A program made the translations under genes and the position numbers. Below the pieces are notes generated by a model. That model was given only the letters and a program-made list of their open reading frames with translations, was not told the DNA's origin and ran no database searches. From the human T2T-CHM13v2.0 reference genome, Homo sapiens, in NCBI RefSeq assembly GCF_009914755.1, contig NC_060926.1: a stretch of DNA of 64,000 bases; one strand, given 5' to 3'. This document shows, piece after piece, positions 23,381 to 39,418 of this stretch (its first letter is position 1; every line of letters begins with the position of its first letter).

Positions 23381-26300
23381 CAGTTGACCCTTGAACAACA
23401 TAGGGGTTGGGGTACTGACACCCTACACAGTTGAAAATTTATGTATAACTTTTGATTTCCCCAAAACTTAACTATAAGTAGCCTATTGTTGATCAGATGC
23501 CTTACTGATAACATAAACAGTTGATTAACACATATTTTATATGTTGTATGTATTATATACTGTATTCCTACAGTAAAAAAAACTAGAGAAAATAAAATGT
23601 TATTAAGAAAATTATAAGGAAAACATATTTACTGTGCATTAAGTGAAAATGGATCATCATAAAGGTCTCCATCCACATCATCTTCACATTGAATAGGCTG
23701 AAGAGGAGGAAGAAGAAAGGTTGGCCTTGCTCTCTCAGGGATGGTGGAGGAGGTGGAACAGGAGTCAAGAGAGGCAGACCAGATACATTTGGTGTAACTT
23801 TACAGAAATACATCATAATTTCTGTCTGATGTTTTTGGTTTTTCATCTCTCTAGAAATGTTTCTATATGGTACCAATCCTCCTTTCACCATTTGCTTTAG
23901 TTTCAGTGCCCACATTATAAAAGGGTCCATGTTGTAAAAGAAGTCAAAAGCAGTCTTGAATAATCAGAACTCTTCTGCCAAATTGTCTAATGTCAATTTG
24001 TTTTCTGGCACTGCTGCTTCTTATTTGTCCTTATTGTCTGGCACTGATTTGGAAGCACTTATCTCCATCAAATCATCATCTTTTAATTCCTCCGATGTGG
24101 TATCTATCTTGAAAAGATTATGAATTTCTCCAGTATCCATGTCTTGAAACCCTTTACCCCCCATCTTTTTTGCCATGTCCACAGTATCTTTCATGATTTT
24201 GTTGATTGGCTCTGTTGTAAATCCTGTGAGTCATGCACAACATCTGGACATAGTTTTCTCCAGTAGGAATGTAGTTTTTTAGGCTTGATGGCTTTCATGG
24301 CCCTTTTTCCCTTTCCTTTCCTCCCCTTCCCCTTCCCTTTCCCCTTCCCTTCCTTTTTCCATCCCGTCCTGTCTGTCCCTGGCCCCGGCGTGGCCCACGC
24401 TGGAGTGCAATGGCGCGATCTTCGGCTCACTGCAACCTCCACCTCCCGGGTTCAAGCAATTCTCCTGCCTCAGCCTCCCAAATAGCTGGGAGACTTTTCT
24501 TTTTTTCTTTTCTTTTCTCTTTTCTCTTTTCTCTTCTCTCTTCTCTCTTCTCTCCTCTCCTCTCCTCTCTTCTCCTTTTCTTTTCTTTTTTCTTTTCTCT
24601 TTGTCTTTCTGTCATTCTCTGTTTCTCTTTCTTTCTCTCCTTCTCTTTCTTTTTTCTCTTTCTTTCTTTCTTATTCCCTCCCTCTTCCCCCTTTCTCTCT
24701 CTCCCTTTCTCTTTCTTTTCCTACTCTCCCCTTCCCTTCCCTCCCCTCACCTCAAATGTGATAGCATTTTGTGACTTATTCCATAACAACCATGGGCTAA
24801 ACACAGTGGCTTGCACCTGTAATTCCAGCACTTTGAGAGGCCAGGTGTTCCAAGACCAGCATGGGAAACATAGCAAGACACCGTCTCTATAAAAAAAAAT
24901 CCTCACAACGATGGTACCTTCAATAGTATTATCCTCCCAGACTTTTATGGTGTCTTCCCTGTCGAAGTTCTCTTCCATAGCTTGGATCTAGAGACTGAAT
25001 TAATGTTGTGTTTAGGAGCTAGTAGACCATGTCATTGTCTTCAGTGTTGAACTCATAGGGTTCTGGATGGCCAGGGGCATTGTCCAATGTCAAATTAACT
25101 GTAAAAGGCAATTCCTTATTGGCAGAGTACTTCCTCACTTCAGGGAGAAAGCATCAGTGCAATCAATTCAGAAAAAGAGTTCTCCTTGTCCAAGCTTTCT
25201 TGTTGTACAACCAAAAGACACTTCACTGGTGTTTATCTTTTTCCTTCATGGATCTGGGTTAGCAGCTTTATTAATAAAGGCAGCCCTGATCATAAACCTG
25301 ACTGCATTTGCACAAAACAGTAAAGTTAGCCTATCCGTTCCTGCCTTAAATCCTGGTGCTTGCTTCTCTTCCTTACTAATAAATGTTTTTTTGTGGCAAT
25401 TCTTTTTTCCAGAATAGGGGACTTTCATCTGTGTTAAATACCTGTTCAGGTGGATATTCTTTCTCTTCAAGGATTTTCTTAATGATGTCTGGAAACTCAG
25501 CTGCTGCCTCTTGGTCAACAGAAGCTGTTTCTCCTGTTACCTTGACATTTTTATAGCTAAATCTCTTTCTAAATTTGTCAAACCATCTTTGGCTGACATT
25601 AAATTCTCCAACTCTAGATCCCTTACCTTCCTTTGCTTTAAGTTGTCTTATGACTTGACTTTTTCTTGAATGATGTTAGAGGCTATAGGTATACCTTTCT
25701 TATAGCAGCCCTGAACACTTATAGAATCTGCATGTCTAATATTACATTGAAAGTTGTTTCCAAAAAAAAGCAGGGTTTTTGTGCCTGCTAGCATAGCTGC
25801 ATTGATGACTTCATGAATTTTCTTTTATTTTTTACGATGGTCCTTACACTGGATTCATTTATCTGGAAATGGTGGGCAGCCTGCAGCTACAGGCCTCAAT
25901 CTATGGTACATGTCAAGCAATTTGACTTTTTCATGTAATATCATGACTTTGCTTCTTAGGAGCACTTCCAGCATCACAGATGGCTCTTTGTATGGGTCCC
26001 ATGGTGTTATTCAGGGTTTACAGTATTACACTAAACAGAATGAAAAATACACAAGAAATATGAAATATCAATTTTTATTGCAATTTGCAATTTACTAGAG
26101 AGACAACTGGTGTCACATGGCATTTTAAGCTGATATTCACTGCAATAGTAATAGGAAGTGGCTACAAAATTATTACAGTCATATAGTATGTACTACAGTT
26201 AATTTTATGCACTTATGAATTAATACTTCCTCTTTACATTTGTTTACATTTCTCTCAACTGCAAATGGATTCATGTATGGTCTGCAAGTGTTTATATGTG

Positions 26301-26556
26301 TAAGTTTTAATGTTATAATAGATTTTTGTATATTTTATGGTAGTAAATGATTAAATAGACTTATCTACATATATTTTATGCATTCATGACAGAACTTTTT
26401 CTTTTTTATTTTTTTTGATATTTCCAGGCTATGCATTTCATCTGTTTTTTCAAATTGTCGCAAACCTCCAAAAATTTTTCCATTATAGTAATTGAAAAAG
26501 ATTTCTGCATAAATGGATTCATGCAGTTCAGACCCATGTTGTTCAAGGGTCAACTG
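23381..26556 (-). mobile_element. Near full-length Tigger2 (TcMar-Tigger) DNA transposon with a dead transposase
   Basis: Perfect 21-bp TIRs CAGTTGACCCTTGAACAACAT (23381-23401 / 26536-26556), TA at the right flank, and CENP-B/Tigger transposase peptide KTFISKEEKQAPGFKAGTDRLTLLFCANA in ORF 25246-25518(-). Confidence 0.9.
24301..24752. repeat. Polypyrimidine low-complexity tracts around an Alu fragment, inside Tigger2
   Basis: (CCCTT)n and (CTCTT/CTTT)n runs; Alu right-arm piece at ~24393-24491. Confidence 0.85.
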
Positions 26557-26610
26557 TACATCTTAATTTTTCAGAATCTACTTCAAATTTATCATAACTT
26601 AATTCTAGTA

Positions 26611-27065
<455 letters not shown>

Positions 27066-28834
27066 TCACTGCAACCTCGACATCTGGGCTCAAGGGATCC
27101 TTTTCTGCCACAGCCTCCTGAGTAGCTGGGACCACAGGTGTGCACCACCACACCTGGCTTTTTTATTATTATTTTTTGTAGAGACGAGGTCTCCCTATGT
27201 TGCCTATCCAGTGATATTTTTAAAATGTGACTCTTTTATAGCTCTATTGATTCTACCCCTTTTTTGTGCTATTATTTGTTATACATTGTGGCGGTAAAAA
27301 GTACAATAACTTAGGTGAAAACTCACTAGAGGGGTTCAACAATAGATTTAAACTGACAGAGGAATTAATCAGCAGCCTTGGAGTGGAATCTCTGCACTAC
27401 AAACATATTGGGAGGAAGCCAGTTTGGGTCCCGGTATTTTTGGCCTGCTCCATCTGGTGTAGAGCCTCCACCTTATGAATGTGGTTTGGGCATAAGAAGG
27501 GAGCTCCAGACCTCTCTGCTGTGCAAACCTGAAACTTAGCCCCCATAACATGGAGCTGGGGGGGAAGAGATGTACTGGTCACCTGTTTTTCTGGAGAGAT
27601 ACCATATCTCTTTGGAGCTGTAGGAAAGAGGAGTCCCTTCTTCTTCTTTATATCAACTGGAGTAGGGTTTCTGTCACACTAAGTTTGGTGGAGATGGTGA
27701 ACGAGCAGTTCACTCAACTGTCCCAGACTTTCTTACCAAGAATTAGTAGATTTTCTTCAAAAATGTTTTTTCATTTGATGGCCTTAGAAGAATTACAGAG
27801 ACTTTACATGGTGGTTTTTAAAAAATAATTTTCATTAGTTGTAGTTGATTCACCGGAAAGCATGTCCATTGAACCCTACATGCTTCCATTCTCAAAGTTG
27901 ATCTCTTTCTTGAAATGCTTTTTTCTTATTTATTTATTTATTTATATAGGTTATTGGAGAACAGGTGGTATTTGGTTACATGAGTAAGTTCTTTAGTGGT
28001 GATTTCTGAGATTTTGGTGCACCCATCACCCGAGCCGTATATACTGCACCCAATTTGTAGTCTTTTATCCCTTACCCCCTTCCCACCCTTTCCCCTTAAA
28101 TCTCCAAAGTCCACTGTGTCATTCTTATGCCTTTGTGTCTTCGTAGCTTAGCTCCCACTTATGAGTGACAACATACGTTTGGTTTTCCATTCCTGAGTTA
28201 CTTCACTTAGAATAATAGTCTCCAGTCATCCAGGTTGCTGCAAGTACCATAAATTCATTCCTTTTCATGGCTGAGTAGTATTTCATTGTATATATGTACC
28301 ACAGTTTATTTATCCATTCGTTGATTGATGGGCATTTGGGTTGGTTCCACATTTTTGCAGTTGCAAATTGTGCTGTTAAACACATGTGTATGCAAGCATC
28401 TTTTTTGTGTAACGACTTTTCCTCTGGGTAGATCCCCAGTAGTGGGATTTCTGGATCAAATGGTAGTTCTACTTTCAGTTCTTTAAGGAATCTCCACACT
28501 GTTTTCCATAGTAGTTGTACTAGTTTATGTTCCCACCAGCAGTGTAGACGTGTTCCCTGTTCACTGCATCCACACCAACATCTCTATTATGCTTTGATTT
28601 TTTGATTATGACCATTCTTGCAGGAGTAAGGTGGTATTGCATTGTGGTTTTGATTTGCATTTCCTTGATCATTAGTGATGTTGAGCATTTTTTCATGTTT
28701 GTTGGCCATTTGTATATCTTTTGAGAATTGTCTATTCATTTCTGAAGCCCACTTTTTGATGGGATTGTTTGTTTTTTTCTTGCTAATTTGTTTGAGTTCG
28801 TTGTAGATTCTGGATATTAGTCCTTTGTCAGATG

Positions 28835-29328
28835 TGCCAAGACCAGCTCGGTCGGGGAGACCCTAACCCAGTGGCGCTAGAGGAATTAAAGACACACACA
28901 CAGAAATATAGAAGTGTGAAGTGGGAAACCTTCAGGGGTCCCACAGCCTTCAGAGCTGAGAGCCCTGAACAGAAATTTACCCACATATTTATTAACAGCA
29001 ATCCAGTCATTAGCATTGTTTCTATAGATATTAAATTAACTAAAAGTATCCCTTATGGGAAACAAAGGAATGGGCCGAATTAATTGCAGCAGGAACACAC
29101 CCTTAAGACACAGGTCGCTCATGCTTTTGTTTGTGGCTTAAAAATGCCTTTAAGCAGTTTTCTATCCTAGGTGGGCCAGGTGTTCCTTGCCCTCATTCCC
29201 GTAAACCCACAACCTTCCAGCTTGGGTGTTAGGTCCGTTATGGACATGTTACAGTGCTGCACAGATTTTATTTATGGCCAGTTTTGGGGCCAGTTTATGG
29301 CCAGATTTTGGGGGGCTTGTTCCTAACA
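28835..29328 (-). mobile_element. MER9-type (HERV-K9/HML-3) solo LTR nested in the L1
   Basis: Reverse complement starts TGTTAGGAACAAGCCCCCCAAAATCTGGCCATAAACTGGCC; flanked by direct repeat GTCAGATG (28827-28834 / 29329-29336). Confidence 0.88.
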
Positions 29329-30707
29329 GTCAGATGTATAGATTGTGAAGATTTTATCCCATTCTGTGTGTTGCCTGTTACTCTGCTGACTGTTCCTTTT
29401 GCCGTACAAAAGCTCTTTACTTTAATTAAGTCCCAGCTATTTATCTTTGTTTTTATTGCATTTGCTTTTGGGTTCTTGGTCATGGAATTTTTGCCTAAGC
29501 CAATGTGTAGAAAGGTTTTTCTGGTGCTATCTTCTAGAATTTTTATATTTTCAGGTCTTAGATTTAAGTCCTTGATCCATCTTGAGGTAATTTTCGTATA
29601 AGGTGAGAGATGAGGATCCAGTTTCATTCTCCTACATGTGGCTTGCCAATTATTGCAGAACCATTTGTTGAATAGGGTGTCTTTTCCCGACTTTATGTTT
29701 TTGTTTGCTTTGTCGAACATCAGTTGGCTGTATTTGGGTTTATTTCTGGATTCTCTATTCTGTTCCATTGGTCTTCATCCCTATTTTTATACCAGTACCA
29801 TGCTGTTTTGATGACTATGGCTTATAGTATAGTTTGAAATCAGATAATGTGATGCCTCCAGATTTGTTCTTTTTGCTTAGTCTTGCTTTGGCTATGTGGG
29901 CTCCTTTTTGGTTCCATATAAATTTTAGGATTGTTTTTTCTAATTCTGTGAAGAATGATGGTGGTTTTTAAATGGGAATTGCGTTTAATTTGTAGATTGC
30001 TTTTGACAGTATGGTCATTTTCACAATATTGATTTTACTCATTCATGAGGATGGGCTATGTTTCCATTTGTTTGTGTCATCTATGATTTCTTTCAGCAGT
30101 GTTTTGTAGTTTTCCTTGTAGAGGTCTTTCAAGTCCTTGGTTAGGTATATTCCTGAGGTTTTTTTTTTTTGCAGCTATTGTAAAAGAGGTTGAGTTCTTG
30201 ATTTGATTCTCAGCTCGGTTGCTGTTGGTGTATAGAAGGGCTACTGATTTGCGTACATTAATTTTGTATCTGGAAACTTTGTTGAAAAACTTTCTTTTAT
30301 CAGTTCTAGGAGCTTTCTGGAGGAGTCTCTAGGGTTTTCTAGGTAAACAATCATATCATCAGCAAACAGTGACAGTTTGACTTCCTCTTTCCTTATTTGG
30401 GTGCCCTTTATTTCTTTCTCCTGTCTGATTGCTCTGGCTAGGACTTCCAGTACTATATTGAAGAGGAGTGGTGAGAGTGGGCATCCTTGTTTTGTTCCAG
30501 TTCTTGGAGGGAGTGCTTTCAACTTTTCCCCATTCCGTATTATGTTGGCTGTGGGTTTGTCATAGATGGCTTTTATTACATTGAGATATGTCCCTTGTAT
30601 GCTGATTTTGCTGAGAGTTTTAATCATGAAAGGATGCTGGATATTGTCGAGTGCTTTTTCTGTATCTATTGAGATGATTATGTGATTTCTGTTTTTGATT
30701 CTGTTTA

Positions 30708-30815
<108 letters not shown>

Positions 30816-32612
30816 TCAGTTAGCTAGTATTTTGTGAAGAATTTTAGCATCTATGTTCATCAGGGATATTGGTCTGTGGTTTTCTTTTTTGGTTATGTCC
30901 TTTCCTGGTTTTGGTATTAGGGTGATACTGGCTTCATAGAATGATTTAGGGAGGGTTCCCTCTTTCTCTATCTTGTGGAATAGTGTCAATAGCATTGGTA
31001 CCAATTCTTCTTTGAATGTCTGTTAGAATGCTGCTGTGAATCCTTCTGGTCCTGGACTTTTTGTTGTTGGTAATTTTTTTTATTACCATTTCAGTCTTGC
31101 TGCTTGTTATTGGTCTGTTCAGAGTATCTAATTCTTCCTGATTTAGGCTAGAAAGGTTGTATCTTTCCAGAAATGTATTCATCTCCTCTAGGTTTTCAAG
31201 TTTATGCACGTAAAGGTGTTTATAGTAGCCTTGAATGATCTTTTGTGTTTCTGTGGTGTCAGTTGTGATATCTCCCGTTTTCATTTCTAACTGAGCTTAT
31301 TTGGATTTTCTCTCTTTTTTTTTTTTTTGGTTAATCATGCTAATGGTCTATCAATTTTGTTTATCTTTTCAAAGAACCAGCTTTTTGCTTCATTTATCTT
31401 TTGTATTTTTTTGTTTCAATTACATTTAGTTCTGCTCTGATCTTGGTTATTTCCTTTCTTCTGCTGGGTTTGGGTTTGATTTGTTCTTGTTTCTTTAGTT
31501 CCTTGAGATGTGACCTTATATTGTCTGTTGGTGCTCTTTCAGACTTTTTGTTGTAGGCATTTAGGGCTATGAACTTTTTTCTTAGCACCACCTTTGCTGT
31601 ATCCCAGAGGTTTTAATAGGTTGTGTCAGTATTGTTGTTCAGTTCAAAGAATTTTTAAATTTCCATCTTGATTTCATTTTTGACCCAGTGATCATTCAGG
31701 AGCAGGTTATTTAATTTCCATGCATTTGCATGATTTTGAAGGTTCTTTTTGGAGTTGATTTCCAGTTTTATTCCACTGTGGTCTGAGAGAGTGCTTGATA
31801 TAATTTCAATTTTCTTGAATTTATTGAGGCCCATTTTGTGGCTTGTCATATGGTCTATCTTGGAGAATGTTCCATGTGCTGTTTAATAGAATGTGTATTC
31901 TGCGGTTGTTGGGTACAATGTTCTGTATATCTGTTAAGTTCATTTGTTCCAGGGTATAGTTTAAATTGTTTCTTTGTTGACTTTATCTTGATGACGTGTC
32001 TAATGCTGTCAGTGGAGTACTGAAGTCTCCCACTATTATTGTGTTGCTGTCTATCTCATTTCTTAGGTCTATTAGTAATTGTTTTATAAATTTGGGAGCT
32101 CCAGTGTTAGGTGCATATGTTTAGGATTATAATATTTTCCTGTTAGACAAAGCCTTTTATCATTATATAATGTTCCTCTTTGTCTTTTTAAACTGCTGTT
32201 GCTTTAAAGTTTGTTTTATCTGATACAAGAATATCTACTCCTGCTTGCTTTTGGTGTGTCTCTTGAAGGCAGCAGATAGTTGGTTGGTAAATTCTTATCT
32301 ATTCTGCAGTTCTGTATTTTTTAAGTGGAGCATTTAGGCCATTTACATGCAACGTTAGTATCGAGATGTGAGGTACCATTCTGTTCATTAATTGTTTCAT
32401 TTGTTGTCTGTAGACCTTGGGTTTTTTTGTTTGTTTGTTTTATAGGTCCTGTGAGATTTATGGTATAAAGAGGTTCTGTTTTGATGTGTTTCCAGGATTT
32501 GTTTCAAGATTTAGAGCTCCTTTTAGCAGTTCTTGTAGTGCTGGTTTGGTAGTTGTGAATTGTCTCAGCATTTGTTTGTGTGAAAAAGACTTTATCTTTC
32601 CTTCACTTATGA

Positions 32613-32949
<337 letters not shown>

Positions 32950-35479
32950 TATTGGCTGATAATTGTTTTGTTTGAGGAGGCTGAAGACAGGGCCCCAATC
33001 ACTTCTAGGTTGTAGGGTTTCTGCTGAGAAATGTGCTGTTAATCTGATAGGTTTTCCTTTATAGGTTACCTGGTGTTTTTGCCTCACAGTTCTTAAGATT
33101 CTTTCCTTTGTCTTAACTTTATATAACCTGATGACAATGTGCCTGGGTGATGATCTTTTTGTGATGAATTTCCCAGGTGTTCTTTGAGTTTCTTGTATTT
33201 GGATATCTAGTTCTCTAGCAAGACCAGGGAAGTTTTCCTCAATTATTCCCCTAAATATGTTTTCCAGACTTTTAGATTTCTCTTCTTTTTCAAGAATGCT
33301 GATTATTCTTAGGTTTTGGTCATTTAACATAATCTCAGACTTCTTGGAGGCTTTGTTCATATTTTCTTGCTCTTTTTTCTTTTTGTTGGATTGGGTCAAT
33401 TCAAAAACCTTGTCTTCGAGCTCCGAAGTTCTTTCTTCTGCTTGTTCGATTGTGTTGCTGAGACTTACCAGAGCATTTTACATTTCTATAAGTGCGTCCA
33501 TTGTTTCCTGAAGTTTTAATTGTTTTTTATTTATGCTTCCTATTTCATTGAATATTTCGCCCTTCACTTCTTGTATCATTTAAAAAAATTTCCTTACATT
33601 GGCCTTCGCCTTTCTCTGGTGCCTCTCTGATTAGCTTAATAACTAACCTTCTGAATGCTTTTCAGGTAGCTCATGGATTTCTTCTTGGTTTGGTTCCATT
33701 GCTGGTGATCTAGTGTAATTTTTGGGAGGTGTTAAAGAACCTTGTTTTATCATATTACCAGAGTTGGTTTTCTGGTTCCTTCTCATTTGGGTAGGGTCTT
33801 GTCAGGGAAGGTCTAGGGCTCAAGGCTGTTGTTCAGATTCTTTTGTCCCATGAGTGTTTCCTTGATGTAGTACTCTCCTTTTCCTAGGGATCCCTTTTCC
33901 TAGGGATGTGGCTTCCTGAGAGCTGAGCTGTAGTGATTGTTATATCTCTTCTGGATCTAGTCACCCAGCAAGTCTTCCAGGCTCCCTGCTGGTACTGGGG
34001 GTTTTCTGCACAGAGTCCTGTGATGTGAACTGTCTGTGGGTCTCTCAGCCATGGATACTGGCACCTGCTCTGGTGGAAGTAGCAGGGTTGAAATGGACTT
34101 TGTGAGGGTCCTTAGCTTCGGTTGATTAGTACACTATTTTTGTGCTGGTTGGCCTCCTGCTGGGAGGTGGTGCTTTCAAGAGAGCATCAGCTGTGGTAGT
34201 ATGGGGAGGAACAGGTGGTGGGAGGGACCCTAAAACTCCCAAGAGTATATGCCCTTTGTCTTTAGTTACCAGGGTAGGTAGGGAATGACAGTTAGATGGG
34301 GAAAGGGCTAGGTGTGTCTGAGCTCAGACTCTACTTGGGCAAGTCTTGCAGCATGCTGCTGCTGTGGGGATGGGGGTGAGGTTCCCAGGTCAATGGAGTT
34401 ATGTTCCTAGGAGGATTATGGCTGCCTCTCCTGTGTCATGCAGGTTGTCAGGGAAGTCGGGGGAAAGGCAGCAGTCACAGGCCTCATCCAGCTCCCTCAC
34501 AACCCAAAGGGCCAGTCTCACTCCCACTGTGTTCCCGACAACAGCACTGAGTCTGTTTCCAGGCAGTGGGCGAGCAGGCCTGAGAACTTGCCCCAGGCTA
34601 CCTGCCTCCCAGCTGCAGAAGTAAGTAGGGCTTTCCTTCTTCCCCCGCCTGTGGAGTCTGCACGCTGGATTCATGTCCTAGCCTGTGTTCTGGCCAGAAG
34701 ACTTCTTGATTGGTTCAATTTGTTACAGAGTTCAGATGGAGGTTTCCTTTTCCCTGTGGCCTTTTCCCCGTGCCTCTGGCAGCCCTCCTCAAGGACCCCT
34801 GTGAGGCGAGGCAGAAATGACTTGCTGGGGGACCCAGTGAGCCTATAGGGCTTTTCCTGCTGCTTCCTCTACCCCTGTATTTCATTTGGCTCTCTAAATA
34901 GACTCGGCTCCAGGTAAGGTCAGAATCTTCTCCCATAATCCAGACCTTCAGGTTCCCCAGTGGGGGTGTGTGTTTGGGGGCAGATGATCTCCCTTTCCCA
35001 CTTCCACAGTTTGAGCACTCACAGGATTTGGGGAGGTGTCTCTTGGGTCCTGCAGGAGCAATCCACTTCCTTCAGAGGATCTGTGGATTCTCTTGGCTTT
35101 CCTAATGTATTCTTGCAGTCATTCTGGAGCAAAAGTTCATGATGTGAGCCTCTATACGCTGTTCTGTCCCTCCAAGTAGGAGCTGCAGTCTCGTCCTACC
35201 TCCTGTCCGCCATGATTTTCCATATCTTGAATTGCTTTTGTAGCTAGTGTGTAGACTGTGTACACAGTGCTATCAGGGTAAGAGGTTCATAAGATGATGA
35301 TCCTGCAGGTAAAGGATTATTATTTTATGCTTGAGGAAACTAATTATTAATATTGCTTAAGTTGGACTCAAGTCAAAATTGTATTGTTTCTAAATCCCAG
35401 CTTGTTTTCCACTGATTGATGTATAATGATTTTGAGTCATGGTTTTAATGAGTTGATTTCATAGTCTTCATATAACAAG

Positions 35480-36305
<826 letters not shown>

Positions 36306-36993
36306 CCTTAACAAGAAGAGACAAACTGATTTCTGTTTGCCATTGCATTATCTTTGATTAAAACTCAGAAAAATAACTGCTTGTTTTCTTGAGTTTCTGA
36401 ACGTCTCCATATATTATGTCTGGTTGCACCTTATAGTCTCCAAAATTTAAGGATCAGTTAGAATCAAGTTTTCTTGATATTTTTGTCCTTTTTCAGGACA
36501 GGAAATGACTCTGGGATTTCTCATACTTCTCATCATGGCCCTTTATCTATCCCAATTCTTAGATTTAGTTTCTAAATACAAAAAGGCCATAGTTGCCCCC
36601 AGATCCTATTTATTAGGATACTTGCACTTGAGCTGAAATGGTGATGAGATTCTCTATGTCATTGAGACAGAGCCCCATTTAGGTTAACAAAGTTTGTGAT
36701 GACTGTTCTGTTTTCTAATCAGGCATTGAGCTGTGACTGTGCCGAGCAGGCAGAAGCTGAGCTCTGGATAGAGCTGCTCAATGCTTGTTGTCTGGCCAAT
36801 CAGACAACAGAGTGGGTGAGGGAAGAAGGTGGGGAATTGTGGAAGAAGATGATGTGCAGTAGGATAGATTTTTTTTCCTTGTCAAGAATATTGACATTTT
36901 TAGATAGGAATGAGGATTTATTGAAATAATCCACATGACTACAAGGCATAAATGCTTGGATATAGTAGACTCTAAGATAAAAAATATTTTTCT

Positions 36994-37290
36994 GGCCAGG
37001 TGCGGTGGCTCACACCTGTAATCCGAGCACTTTGGGAGGCCCAGGTGGGCGGATCACCTGAGGTCAGGAGTTTGAGACCAACCTGGCCAACATGGCAAAA
37101 CCCTGTCTCTACTAAAAATACAAAAATTAGCCAGGCATGGTGGCTCATGCCTGTAATACCAGCCACTTAGGAGGCTGAGGTACAAGAATTGCTTGAACCT
37201 GGGAGGTTGGAGGTTGCAGTGAGCAGAGATTGTGCCACTGTAATCCAGCCTGGGTGACAGAGTGAGACTCTGTCTCCAAAAATAAAAAAG
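36994..37290 (+). mobile_element. AluSx-like
   Basis: Alu consensus. Confidence 0.92.
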
Positions 37291-38033
37291 AAATTTTCTT
37301 AGGAATGCCATAAATTGGTGAGCATTTTTCAGTTTATAGATTTCCAGACTCACATCTTATGGAAAAGCTAATTTAGTACCCTTTCTTCCTGCATTTTACA
37401 TGTAAGAAATCTGAAATCCAGTGAAGTTAGTATCAGCGAAGGAGCTAGAAGGATAACTCTTGGGATCTCTAATCCAGTTTTTTATTCAGTGTTATGCATT
37501 GTCTTAAATGGCCTGTAAGGCTTTGTGTGGTCTGGTTCCTTGATAGTTCTTCATCTTCATCTCATCCTTCCTCTTCATTCTTCCTCTGAGCTGGCCTTCT
37601 TGTTAGTCCTGAAATAAATTTTGCTTCAGGGCTTTGGCACTTGATGTTTCTTCTGGTTTGGAAACTCTTCTTCCAGATATCTACATGTCTTTTCCCTGTC
37701 TTCCTTTATATCTCTGCTCAGATGTCACTTTATCTGAGATTTCCCTGACTACTCTATCTAAAGCATTCCCCAGCCCCTGCCTCATCATTTTCCCCCTAAC
37801 TGCAGTATTTTTTAAAATTTTACATTACCACATTATGTATTTGTTTATTATTTCCTTCACTAAAATGTAAATTCTATGAAGGCAGGTATTTGATAACTGT
37901 TATATCTTCTAGTTCTTAGAACAGTGACAGAGAGTAAACATTCAATGTAATGTAAGTCAAATTATGTTACTCCTTTGCTCAAAACCTTCCTGTTTCATTC
38001 ACAGCAAAAAACCAAAGCCTTCAAAATGGCCTA

Positions 38034-38417
38034 TGTTATGGACAGAATTTTGTCCTCCCCAAATTTATGTGTTGAAGTCCTAACTCCCCACACACCTCAG
38101 AATGTGGCTGTATTTGGAGATTGGACTTTTAAAGAGGTGATTATGATTAAATGAGGTCATAAGGGTGGGGCCCTAATCCAATATGATTAGCGTTCTTATA
38201 AGAAGAGGAAGATTCATGTGCATAGAGAAAAGACCATGTGAGGACACGGTGGGAAGGCAGCCAACTGCAAGCCAAGGAGAGAGATGTCAAGAGAAACCAA
38301 ACCTGTTGATACCGTAACTGTGGACTTGAAGCCTCCAGAATGGAGAGAATTAATTTCTGTTGTCTAAGCCACCCAACTTGTGGTGATTTGTTACGGCAGC
38401 CCTAGCACACTAATCCA
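38034..38417 (+). mobile_element. MLT1A/B solo LTR within L2 sequence (~37500-38890)
   Basis: tgttatggacagaattttgtcctcccc...gttgaagtcctaac...ggcagccctagcacactaat, a complete ~385-bp MLT1 pattern. Confidence 0.85.
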
Positions 38418-38901
38418 GCAAGTGTTTCCAGCTCCCCTCCACCTCATCTCCCGTGTCCTCTCTTAATTATGCTGTTGTGGCCTCTTTGGCCTTTCTGCTT
38501 TCTCAAGTACAGCAAGCTGGCATTCACCTCAGAGCTTTTACATTTTACTTTCACTCTTCCTGGAATACTCTTCCTCCTAGATTCTATACTGCTTATTCAC
38601 ACACTTGTCAGATTTCTGTTCAAATGTTGCCTTCTTAGTGATGCCTTTCTTGACCATCTCATTTCAAATTGCAGCCTCTGTTATGTGTCCTGATCTTGCT
38701 TTGTTTTCCTCCATAGCGTTTGTCACCATCTGACATACTATAAATGTACTTGTTAATTGTCTGTCTCCTTGATCAAGGCTGTACGTGCCATGAGGGCAGG
38801 AGTGAGTGTTGCCTTTTGGTTTGCTACTCACTCCTTGATGGCTAGAATAGTTCCAGGCACAGAGTGCACCCTCAAGTAATATTTTGTTCTGCGTTCTTTT
38901 A

Positions 38902-39418
38902 TGTAAGGGTCAGTCAGGTGCGGCCACAAGAGGAGTTCCAGGAGAAGCTCAGGGAAACAAAGTTTACTATGCTCCCAGGTCCTAAAAGCAGGAGGCACGC
39001 TCTGCCATACAGGGCCACATGAGGAAACACCCAAGTCTGTCAGGAGGCAGAAGGGGCAGGAACGAGTGGCAGGAGGAGGAGCCCAGGCCAAGGCCTTTAT
39101 TGGAGTTTCTCGGGAAAGGGAAGACAGAGCAGGGTAAACAGCTCAGGACTGGCTAGTTTGAAACATTTCCACAGGCTCTAAGTTATAGGAGTGGTCTGTG
39201 GTTGCCTGGTACCTGACCCTGGGATGACCAAGGCAGAGGAATATTGCCTCCTGGGGTATACCTGCCAGATAGAGGAGGATGGCTCTGAATTGGTAGTTTG
39301 CATATCAAAGTCAAGCTCCTGGCTGAACTTTGCCTTCTCTAAGAATTGGCTAGCCCCAGGAGTGGCAATTTCTCCCCAGCCAGAAAGGTTAATAAGATGT
39401 CAAACATCATAATATACA
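38902..39418. mobile_element. Probable ERVL-class LTR (MER21/MER76/MER77-like; family uncertain)
   Basis: About 515-bp TG...CA-bounded block, GC-richer than its flanks, with motifs such as gcctttattggagtttc and gcagggtaaacag...aggactggctagtttgaa. Confidence 0.5.

Noticed and set aside
23583-25518. Transposase ORF pieces as a domesticated TIGD-like gene
   Set aside because: Frameshifted and interrupted by Alu and simple-repeat insertions; a fossil Tigger2.
36696-36761. GTGATGA...CTGA as a C/D box snoRNA
   Set aside because: No terminal stem, no recognisable antisense element, and it lies upstream of the main promoter.
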